Source: an uncultured Candidatus Saccharibacteria bacterium
GTDB taxonomy: Bacteria > Patescibacteriota > Minisyncoccia > Minisyncoccales > UBA1441
Reading direction: 5' to 3'
Length of the DNA stretch: 44,905 nucleotides
Assembly: GCA_964522615.1 (NCBI GenBank)
Contig: CAZFWR010000001.1
Location: 1 to 44,905, forward strand
This document shows, in pieces, positions 32,058 through 39,769 of the stretch. Both the position numbers and the translations under genes were made by a program. The notes beneath the pieces are model-generated. The model saw nothing but the letters and a program-made list of their open reading frames with translations. It did not search any database and was not told the DNA's origin. The stretch's first letter is position 1. The number at the start of each line of letters is the position of its first letter.

Positions 32058-32101
32058 TTATCCTTGTCTTTGTTTATATTTTTATCCTTGTCTTTGTTTA
32101 T
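32058..32101. repeat. Perfect 20-bp duplication (24-bp period) of the rpmJ 3' end including its stop codon
   Basis: TTATCCTTGTCTTTGTTTAT at 32058-32077 and at 32082-32101. On the minus strand this reads ATAAACAAAGACAAGGATAA twice. Confidence 0.9.
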
Positions 32102-32195
32102 GTTTCGGATTCTTGCAAATAACATAGATCCGCCCTTTCCGCCGAACTATTTTACAGTCTTTGCACATTTTTTTTACTGAAGAGCGAACTTTCAT
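32082..32195 (-). CDS. rpmJ: 50S ribosomal protein L36
   Basis: Below the ORF-track cutoff. The minus strand gives [37 protein letters not shown], canonical L36. Confidence 0.9.
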   Translation of the reverse strand: MKVRSSVKKMCKDCKIVRRKGRIYVICKNPKHKQRQG

Positions 32196-32232
32196 ATTAT
32201 AATTATATTAGAATATCTCTTCTTAGAATATA

Positions 32233-32451
32233 TTATAGGCGATAAATAATTCTTCCCCGACTCTGGTCATAGGGGCTCAATTCTAGCAATACTTTATCTC
32301 CAGGCAGAACACGAATATGGCGTTTTCTAACCCGACCGGCGAGGTGAGCGATTATTTCCTCTCCTTCTTCCAATTTAACCCGAAAAGTGGTACTAGGCAA
32401 GGACTCAAGAACTATTCCCTGCCGCTGCCATTGTTTTCTGTCTTTAACCAT
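32233..32451 (-). CDS. infA: Translation initiation factor IF-1
   Basis: 72 aa. S1-like [43 protein letters not shown]. Confidence 0.95.
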   Translation of the reverse strand: MVKDRKQWQRQGIVLESLPSTTFRVKLEEGEEIIAHLAGRVRKRHIRVLPGDKVLLELSPYDQSRGRIIYRL

Positions 32452-32534
32452 TAAGAAAATTAAAAGAAAAACAAGGACTTAACTGGAGACAACCAGCTTC
32501 CTTAGAGATAAGATAACCGATATTTTCCACTTCG

Positions 32535-33800
32535 TCAATAGTCAAGATAAACTTCAATCTGAATTTTAGAAAGCCCAGTCGGAATTTTCCTCGCCCAAAA
32601 AGGATGGAGGCTTCCCCGCACTTCTTCTAACTGGGGAAAATATTCCTGAATGGCAGTTTTCGCTTCGGTTACTGTTTTTCCAGCCACCAGCTTTTTCAAA
32701 TCCTCTTCTCCAAAAAGAGAGTAAACTTTAGCCGTCACTTTGAGATTACAATCAATAATCTTTTGATCAAAATTTGCGGCCAGAGGATAATAAGTAACCA
32801 TTAAGCTTTCTGGAACCATAGCTCTCTCTGAGCCAATCTTCGCCTGGATTTCCTTTTCCATTAGGTCTAAAACCTGGACCTCCGGAAAAGTCAAAACTTG
32901 GGAAGCAACCGAAAGATAGTAATCAAATTGCTCAACTTCTTCTCCGATGGCAACCGAAGACCCTTCCTCTTCCACTTCTTGTAAAAGAGCGGCCGGCAAG
33001 AAAACAAAGTCCGGTCCTGCTTTTTCTTTAAGGACTTGCTGGGAAACAGAAAAGAGTTGTTCTTTTAAAGATTCTCTGGCTATTTGCCAATCTTCTTCCG
33101 TTACTTGAGCTATCGTCGCCACTTCTCCTCCGGTTATACTTTCTGAAGATTCGGCGTAAATATGGTCGTAATAAACAGTTCCCGCCAACCCAGGAACGGA
33201 AAATTTGTCGGGAGTGATATTATAATCCGGCCCCTCTTCCATTGCTACCACTTTTGTTATCACCATACTAGGAATCAATTTTCCTCCTTCCCATTGAGCT
33301 GCTGGCAGATAAATTTTCTCCGGAGATTGAAAATACTTACCGGAGCCAGAAAGGAATCTTGTTGACGCGCGGAGAGTAATCGCCTCTGCTGGCTGATAAG
33401 CGTTATAAACCTTTATCATCCCTTCCGCTTTCTGTCCCCGAACTACTTGGCCAGTCGCCTGAAAGATATCTTGGCCTTTTTGAGAATCCACTAAAAATTT
33501 GCCCAGAATGGTACCTGGGTTGGCAAGGGATTCTGCATCTGCCGCCACCAAAATTTCTTTCTCCAAACTGACAATTTGCGTCTGGGGATAAACGGTCAAA
33601 CGAAAAGAAGTAAAACCTAGCTGGTAAAGAAAACCGCTAAGAATCAAAAGAATGATAATACCCAAACTCACCGACCAAACAGAAAGTTTCTTTTTCTGGG
33701 GCTGATTTTTTTTCTTTGTTTTCTCCCTCTCTCCGGAACCTGCCTCTTGAGGGGGAATAATATCGCGAATAAGCTTAGCCATTATTTTCAATTTTAGCAT
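32535..33800 (-). CDS. Membrane-anchored hypothetical protein with a large extracytoplasmic domain
   Basis: 421 aa. Basic N-terminus (KTKKKNQPQKKK), a single TM VWSVSLGIIILLILSGFLY, then about 370 residues with no recognisable motif. Confidence 0.65.
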   Translation of the reverse strand: MLKLKIMAKLIRDIIPPQEAGSGEREKTKKKNQPQKKKLSVWSVSLGIIILLILSGFLYQLGFTSFRLTVYPQTQIVSLEKEILVAADAESLANPGTILGKFLVDSQKGQDIFQATGQVVRGQKAEGMIKVYNAYQPAEAITLRASTRFLSGSGKYFQSPEKIYLPAAQWEGGKLIPSMVITKVVAMEEGPDYNITPDKFSVPGLAGTVYYDHIYAESSESITGGEVATIAQVTEEDWQIARESLKEQLFSVSQQVLKEKAGPDFVFLPAALLQEVEEEGSSVAIGEEVEQFDYYLSVASQVLTFPEVQVLDLMEKEIQAKIGSERAMVPESLMVTYYPLAANFDQKIIDCNLKVTAKVYSLFGEEDLKKLVAGKTVTEAKTAIQEYFPQLEEVRGSLHPFWARKIPTGLSKIQIEVYLDY

Positions 33801-33822
33801 TTTCTTTAAGAAAACAAAAGTT

Positions 33823-35583
33823 TCATTCTAAAACAGCTTTTATTCTTCTGATACCCGAACCCGAGGACTGCTCTTTAATAATCCGAAACTGTCCTAACTC
33901 CGCTAAAGAAGCTACATGCGGGCCGCCGCAAATTTCTCTGGAAATCACCTCTCCGCTTGACTCATCGAGAATGCTGTAAACAGATACCCGAGCCGGATAT
34001 TGGGCTCCTTCCACAAATTGAGCTGTTTTTTTGGCCTCTGGAAGGCTCATTTCTTCCTGCTTTACCACTAAGCTTTTCTTAATCTTTTGATTAATCCATC
34101 TTTCCACCCCTTTCTTTTCTTCCTCCGTCAACGGCCGAGAAAAAGAAAAATCAAAACGCAATCTCTCCTTATCAATATCCGAACCCTTTTGTCTGACTTC
34201 CGGCCCCAGTAATTTTTGTAAAGCCGCTTGCAAAAGATGAGTAGCAGTATGCAGTCTGACTTTTAATTTTTCTTCTTGGGCGTTCTGAATCCCATGACCG
34301 CCAAATTTTTTCTCCCGTCCCTGCCGAGAAGCCTGTTGGTGTTCTTCCCAAGCTTGCTGAAATTCCCTTTCAGGGAATTGATAGCCGGTTTCAGCAATTT
34401 CTTCCGGAGATAAACCATAAGTGGCATAAAGATGAAAAATTTCTTCTCCAGAAAGTTTTTTTCGGCCCAATTTTTCTAATTCCTGCCAACCCTTTTGGGA
34501 AGCTTTCGCCAACCGTTTTCTTTCCTGAAAAATAACCGATTGGACTTTTTCTTCTTGACCCTGAAGATAAGGATAAACAGGAAAATATTTTTTCACTACC
34601 CATTGGACAGCTAGCGGCCAGTCTGCTTCTAAGAAGCCAATCTTTTCTCCGTTTTCCACCAAGCGGCGGATAACTCTTCTTAAAATATAGTTGCGGCCCA
34701 AATTGCTAGGCCGCACTCCGTCCGCCACTAAAAAGACAACTCCGCGAAAATGATCAGCTAGAATCCGATAGGAACGAGGAGCTTGAGCAAAACTTATCTT
34801 CCCTTTTTCTTCTAAAATCTTTAATAAACCAATTAATAAGTCTGTTTCAAAAATTGATTCTTTCTCTTCTAGGATCATTACCAAGCGCTCCAGGCCCAGG
34901 CCGGTGTCAATCCCTAATTCCGGCAAGTCTGATAACTTCCCTCCTTCTTGCTGAAGATAGCGGTCGAAAACTAGATTCCAGACTTCCAGAAAGCGGTGAT
35001 TGAGGTCTTCAACCGATTGGGGAAAGGGAGAACCTGCCTTTACCTGATAATAGATTTCCGCTGTCGGGCCACAGGGACCTGATTTTCCGACCGGACCCCA
35101 AAAATTATCTTCTTGCCCCAAAGCGAGAATCTTTTTTTCGGGAATTCCTGCTTCAAGCAATACCGTTTTTGTTTCTTTATCAGCTGGCAAATTCTCACTG
35201 CCCCTGAAAAAGGTAAAAGCCATTTTCTCTTTGTCAAGATGGTACCCCTCAACCAAAAGTTCTAAGGCCCAAGCAATAGCCTCTTGCGAAAAATAATCTC
35301 CGAAACTAAAATTTCCCAGCATTTCAAAAAAAGTGAGGTGAGAAGCATCTCCTACCTGATCCAGATCGGAAGTGCGAAAACACCTTTGGCAGGAAACTAC
35401 TCGGGAAGGATAAGGGCATTTCTTCCTTAAAAAACAAGATTTAAAAGGCTGCATGCCCGCCGTCGTCAGAAGAACACTAGAGTCAGGAGAAACCAGGGAA
35501 TGAGAAGCTACTAATTGATGACCTCTTTCCTGAAAGAAATTAAGAAACTGTTGACGAATTTTTTCCGAAGTCAATTTAGTCAT
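33823..35583 (-). CDS. alaS: Alanyl-tRNA synthetase, short form (no C-Ala domain)
   Basis: 586 aa. IRQQFLNFFQERGH...TTAGMQPFK. Editing-domain HTATHLLQAAL and CGGPHV. Ends right after the editing domain (GIRRIKAVLE). Confidence 0.9.
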   Translation of the reverse strand: MTKLTSEKIRQQFLNFFQERGHQLVASHSLVSPDSSVLLTTAGMQPFKSCFLRKKCPYPSRVVSCQRCFRTSDLDQVGDASHLTFFEMLGNFSFGDYFSQEAIAWALELLVEGYHLDKEKMAFTFFRGSENLPADKETKTVLLEAGIPEKKILALGQEDNFWGPVGKSGPCGPTAEIYYQVKAGSPFPQSVEDLNHRFLEVWNLVFDRYLQQEGGKLSDLPELGIDTGLGLERLVMILEEKESIFETDLLIGLLKILEEKGKISFAQAPRSYRILADHFRGVVFLVADGVRPSNLGRNYILRRVIRRLVENGEKIGFLEADWPLAVQWVVKKYFPVYPYLQGQEEKVQSVIFQERKRLAKASQKGWQELEKLGRKKLSGEEIFHLYATYGLSPEEIAETGYQFPEREFQQAWEEHQQASRQGREKKFGGHGIQNAQEEKLKVRLHTATHLLQAALQKLLGPEVRQKGSDIDKERLRFDFSFSRPLTEEEKKGVERWINQKIKKSLVVKQEEMSLPEAKKTAQFVEGAQYPARVSVYSILDESSGEVISREICGGPHVASLAELGQFRIIKEQSSGSGIRRIKAVLE

Positions 35584-36784
35584 TTTTCAAATCCCGACGA
35601 AGGTCTTGCCAAAAACTCCCTAAAAGCTTTTCCATGCGCATTTCCAGACTCTTCCGTTCCCGGTCAAGTTGGCTTATCTTTCTCTGCCGCTGAGCCAGTT
35701 TTCTGTCCAAAGCCTTTTTCTCCCGGCGATTATCACTTTCCCCGCGCCTTAAACTTTCGCCTGCTCTTTTTTCTATCTCCCCCGTTCGCTGAAAACAATT
35801 TCTTTCCTCCGCTTCTAATTTCCTCTTTTCTCTAGTCCAGCGCCTTTCTTCCCTTTCTTGATTTTTCCGCTGATTTTCTTTTCGGGATAAAAGCTGATCC
35901 AAAGAACGCTGTTCTTGCTCTATTTCTTTTATTTCTCTTTCTTTTTCCCTCCGCTTTCTTCCAGCTGTCTCTATCTTTATTTTAATCTCCGCTAACTTTT
36001 TCCGGCCTCGAGTTCGCTCTTCCTCAAATTCCCTTTTGGTCTTTTCCTTTTCCCTTCGGAAAGAATCCCCCGCTCTCCTTTTGTTCCCCTCCAGAATAGT
36101 TTTTTCCCTTTTCCGTTCTTGAACATTTCTTCCCAATAATTCTCTCTCCTTCCTTATTCTCCCTATTTCTCCCTCCAAACCGCTTCTCTCTTGGGGGTTC
36201 GTCTCCCTGGCTTTTTGGCCCATTAGTTGCCTTTCCTCGCCTTCTTTTTGCCGAAGATCAGAAACAAGCCGAACTAAAGATTGTTCTAGACGACGCCCTT
36301 CCTCTAAAAGAGTATTGTCTTTCTCTCCTCTTTCCAGTTGGCGCCAAGCTTCAGCAAAACGATTTTCTAATTGAAACAATTCTTGTTGCTGGCGATTTCC
36401 CGCCATTAATAATTCTTTTTCTTCTTTCTCGTTCTCTACTAATTCCCTTTGCCTAGCCTGAAATTTTTTCTGAAGAAATAATTTTTTACCTAGGAGAGAT
36501 TTAATTTTCTCCTCCTCCTGACGCTTTTTCTTTTCCTTTATTTCTTTCCCTCCCTTCTCCTTTTTGGCAGCTATTTCTTTTTGTTTTCTTTCCCAAGAGG
36601 CTAATTCCCGAGTTTTATCTGTTCTAATTTTTTTCTCCTGCTTTTCCCAGGCTCTTTTTCTCCTCTCTTCAGTTTCTTGCCAAACATCAATTTCCGCCAG
36701 TAATCTTTCTTTTTCCTGTTTATTAGCCCTTAATTGAGTCCGCAATTCTCGGGTTCTTTTTTGGCTTTCTTCTATATTAGACAT
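35576..36784 (-). CDS. E/K/R-rich coiled-coil protein, unknown function
   Basis: About 402 aa from MSNIEESQKRTRELRTQL (the ORF track extends to 36841, which would overlap mnmA). Overwhelmingly E, K, R and Q with no TM. 8-nt overlap with the alaS start. The coding strand is purine-rich over about 1.2 kb. Confidence 0.65.
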   Translation of the reverse strand: MSNIEESQKRTRELRTQLRANKQEKERLLAEIDVWQETEERRKRAWEKQEKKIRTDKTRELASWERKQKEIAAKKEKGGKEIKEKKKRQEEEKIKSLLGKKLFLQKKFQARQRELVENEKEEKELLMAGNRQQQELFQLENRFAEAWRQLERGEKDNTLLEEGRRLEQSLVRLVSDLRQKEGEERQLMGQKARETNPQERSGLEGEIGRIRKERELLGRNVQERKREKTILEGNKRRAGDSFRREKEKTKREFEEERTRGRKKLAEIKIKIETAGRKRREKEREIKEIEQEQRSLDQLLSRKENQRKNQEREERRWTREKRKLEAEERNCFQRTGEIEKRAGESLRRGESDNRREKKALDRKLAQRQRKISQLDRERKSLEMRMEKLLGSFWQDLRRDLKND

Positions 36785-36800
36785 TTGGTAAAACGGTCGG

Positions 36801-37844
36801 CTATCGCCGAAAAGGAGAATTAATAATAATTCCTCCGCCAACCACCTCTTCTCCCTGATAGATAACAGCCGATTGGCCAGGAGTAACGGCTTCTTGAGAA
36901 GACCGGCAAAGATGAAGGGAAAAATTTTTAGGGGTAATTACTCCCCGGCGGGGTTTAGCCTGGGAACGAATCTTAATCTGCCCAGAATAAGGAAAGGAAG
37001 GCTCTCTTCCCCGAATCCAATTAACCTCTTTTAAATAAAATTCTTCTCTCTCCAAATCTTTTTTCTTTTGAGAAACTAAGAGACGATTTTTTCTTATATC
37101 TTTGCCCACGACATAAAAAGGACCCCCGGCTAAGCCTATATCCTTCCTCTGGCCAAGAGTATAAAACCAAAGGCCGGAGTGCTGACCGAGTATTTTTCCT
37201 TCCGGGCCAATAATTGCCCCCGGTCTCTCCCCTAATTTTTCTTTTAAAAAATAGTTCATTCCTTGCTTAACAAAACAGAGGTCTTGACTAGCCGGACGAA
37301 TAATTTTTTCCAACTGCCAGTTTTTAGCTAAATCCCTGACTTGAGACTGAAGATAATTCCCCAAGGGAAAAAGAAGATGGGCTAAATGTTCTTGGCTTAA
37401 AGTCCAAAGGAAATAAGACTGGTCTTTCTTTTTATCTTTGGCCCGCCAAAGCCGATATCTCCGAATTCTCCGGCTCTTTTTAGCATAATGGCCGCTAGCC
37501 ACCCAAGAAAATCCCGCCGCCTGGGCCTTTTCTAAGAAGAGGCCCAGCTTAAGATGATGATTACAGAGAACACAGGGATTCGGAGTCCACCCTCTCCGGT
37601 AATCTTCCAAAGTTGGTTTAATTACCTCACGGAGAAAAACAGAGCGGAAATTAAAAACCCACAAAGGAAAATTCAATCTCCCGGCGACAGCTTGAGCGGC
37701 CAGCCGCCCTTTTTCCAGTTCCGGGTTATCGGCCAACTCCATAAAGGCCCCTTCGACTTGGAAACCCGATCTCTGGAGAAGACCAGCAACGACGGCCGAA
37801 TCCGCTCCGCCGGAAAGGGCAACTAGAACTTTTTTCTTCTTCAT
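36801..37844 (-). CDS. mnmA: tRNA-specific 2-thiouridylase
   Basis: 347 aa. PP-loop VLVALSGGADSAV; NPCVLCN; DQSYFL. Confidence 0.9.
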   Translation of the reverse strand: MKKKKVLVALSGGADSAVVAGLLQRSGFQVEGAFMELADNPELEKGRLAAQAVAGRLNFPLWVFNFRSVFLREVIKPTLEDYRRGWTPNPCVLCNHHLKLGLFLEKAQAAGFSWVASGHYAKKSRRIRRYRLWRAKDKKKDQSYFLWTLSQEHLAHLLFPLGNYLQSQVRDLAKNWQLEKIIRPASQDLCFVKQGMNYFLKEKLGERPGAIIGPEGKILGQHSGLWFYTLGQRKDIGLAGGPFYVVGKDIRKNRLLVSQKKKDLEREEFYLKEVNWIRGREPSFPYSGQIKIRSQAKPRRGVITPKNFSLHLCRSSQEAVTPGQSAVIYQGEEVVGGGIIINSPFRR

Positions 37845-37861
37845 TCTTTTTTAGCAAAACC

Positions 37862-38371
37862 TCACTTAGTAAAACGATCGGCTATGGCCGAAGCGGCATA
37901 AGATTCGGGTTTAATCTTGGCTTCAAAGCCGCTTCCACTAATAAGATTAACCACCTCTTTAATCATCGCCTGCGTTTCTTTATCTCCTCCAATATCAGCA
38001 TGGATATAACGAAATTGACAAAGGGGCTGAAAATGCGCTCTTTCTAGAGCTTGGAATAATCTTTCTTTCAGGCTTAAAGCTACTTGGCAGGAAAGATAAA
38101 CTTCTTGGAGGATACGGCTATGAATATCAAAAAACTTTTTTTCTTTCGGAGAAAAACTAACTTTCTGGACAAAAAATCTTCCTCCTCTTCCCAGATGCCT
38201 GACGACGATTACGACCGGAAAAACCGGAGTTTTCCCAGAAGAAGAATCGCAGCCAACAACAACATCATAATCCCCTTTTGCTTCTCGAGCAATATAAGCA
38301 ATAATCTCTTCCACCACTTCTTCTAAGGTTAGTTCTCCTCGAGTAGGATTATAAAATTTACCCTGGCTCAT
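37862..38371 (-). CDS. DUF458/YkuK-like predicted RNase H-fold protein
   Basis: 169 aa. YDVVVGCDSS and IHADIGGDKETQAMI resemble, from memory, the two conserved acidic motifs of the YkuK family. 4-nt overlap with map. Confidence 0.45.
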   Translation of the reverse strand: MSQGKFYNPTRGELTLEEVVEEIIAYIAREAKGDYDVVVGCDSSSGKTPVFPVVIVVRHLGRGGRFFVQKVSFSPKEKKFFDIHSRILQEVYLSCQVALSLKERLFQALERAHFQPLCQFRYIHADIGGDKETQAMIKEVVNLISGSGFEAKIKPESYAASAIADRFTK

Positions 38372-39117
38372 AATAAAGTTGTTAAAATTTGCGGTCCCTG
38401 GGAAGTAACAGCTATCATCTGTTCAAAATGAGCAGTGAGAGAACCGTCAACCGAACGATAACTGAAGCCATCTTCTCCCAGTTCAATTTCGGTAGAACCA
38501 AGACTAACAATTGGCTCGATACAAATAACCAAACCGGGCTGAATTATCAAACCTTCGCCCTTCTTCCCAAAATTAAAAACGGTGGGGTCTTCGTGTAATT
38601 CTCGGCCGATGCCATGGCCGGTTAACTCCTTCACCACTCCCATGCCCTGCTGGACAACATAATCTTCAACGGCAAAACCAATATCTCCTAAATGATTGCC
38701 GGTCCGAGCGGCTTTTATTCCCCAATAAAGAGCTTCTCGGGTAACCGTTATTAATTTCTGGGTTAAAGGAGGAATGGGCCCCACTCCAATAGTAGTCGCT
38801 ATATCCGCCTGGAATCCTCTATACTCTAAGCCTAAATCAAGAGAAAGAATATCACCGGATTGTAATTGATATTCTCCCGGCAATTGATGGACAGCCACTT
38901 CATTTACTGATGTACATAAAGCAGCTGGAAATCCTTCATAATTTTTAAAATTCGGCTTTCCGCCTTCAACAGTAATTAATTTCTCGGCTAATTGGTCTAA
39001 TTCTTTGGTCTTCATCCCCGCTTTAACTTCATTCTGAAGTTTCTTCAAAATGCGAGCCAGCTTCCTTCCTGCTTCCCCCATCTTCCTTATTTCTTTTTCG
39101 CTCTTCAGCTGAATCAT
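38368..39117 (-). CDS. map: Methionine aminopeptidase type I
   Basis: 249 aa. Metal ligands in SLDLG..., GHGIG and CIEP contexts. Confidence 0.95.
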   Translation of the reverse strand: MIQLKSEKEIRKMGEAGRKLARILKKLQNEVKAGMKTKELDQLAEKLITVEGGKPNFKNYEGFPAALCTSVNEVAVHQLPGEYQLQSGDILSLDLGLEYRGFQADIATTIGVGPIPPLTQKLITVTREALYWGIKAARTGNHLGDIGFAVEDYVVQQGMGVVKELTGHGIGRELHEDPTVFNFGKKGEGLIIQPGLVICIEPIVSLGSTEIELGEDGFSYRSVDGSLTAHFEQMIAVTSQGPQILTTLL

Positions 39118-39704
39118 TCTAATTTCAAGGCTTTAACCAGGGCTTGATAAACATCCTTAATCGGAGGAAGGGCGTCAATTTCAATTAATAACCCCCGCCG
39201 GCGATAATCTTCAATAACAGGCAGAGTCTGCTTTCGGAACCAAGTCCATTTTTGATTTAAAGCAGTCAGAGTATCATCCTTTCTTTTTCTCCCTTCTTTT
39301 GCCAAGACACGTTTTTTGGATTCTCCATAATCAATATTAAAATAAACGACTCGGTATTGATTCATCCAGTCGTACCAGTCAAGCCCGGAATCAATAAGGC
39401 GAACCTCAAAAGGAGCGCGGGGGCTACCGTCAATAATCAAACCTGAAAATGGAGAAAAATTTTTCACTCTCTCCATTTCTTCTTCCCAAAGATCAGCCAC
39501 TACCAAACTGGAAACCAGCCTCCCTTCTTTTAGGCATTCCTTTACTTTCTTTCCTGTAAAATCAATTTTTTTAGCCCTTTGGCGCAGCAAATCTCCACTC
39601 CCAATATAGGCAAAACCAAATTTCTCTATCAACCGCCTGGATTGGGTTCCCTTTCCGCCGCCGGAAGGCCCTAAAAAACTTAAAACAAGACTAGAAGCTT
39701 TCAT
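39114..39704 (-). CDS. adk: Adenylate kinase
   Basis: P-loop FLGPSGGGKGTQ; GSGDLLR. The start is taken at MKASSL (39704). The ORF-track N-terminal 19 codons are read through the 32-bp repeats and overlap secY. Confidence 0.85.
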   Translation of the reverse strand: MKASSLVLSFLGPSGGGKGTQSRRLIEKFGFAYIGSGDLLRQRAKKIDFTGKKVKECLKEGRLVSSLVVADLWEEEMERVKNFSPFSGLIIDGSPRAPFEVRLIDSGLDWYDWMNQYRVVYFNIDYGESKKRVLAKEGRKRKDDTLTALNQKWTWFRKQTLPVIEDYRRRGLLIEIDALPPIKDVYQALVKALKLE

Positions 39705-39705
39705 A

Positions 39706-39769
39706 ATTACTATTAAGAGGCTTTCTGAAGACTCATAATTACTATTAAGAGGATTTACCAAGACTCATA
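39706..39769. repeat. 2 x 32-bp tandem repeat of the same family as 31109-31204, spanning the secY stop and abutting the adk start
   Basis: Units at 39706-39737 (3 mismatches to the 31-kb unit) and 39738-39769 (about 6 mismatches). The secY TAA (39755-39757) lies inside unit 2. Confidence 0.85.
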
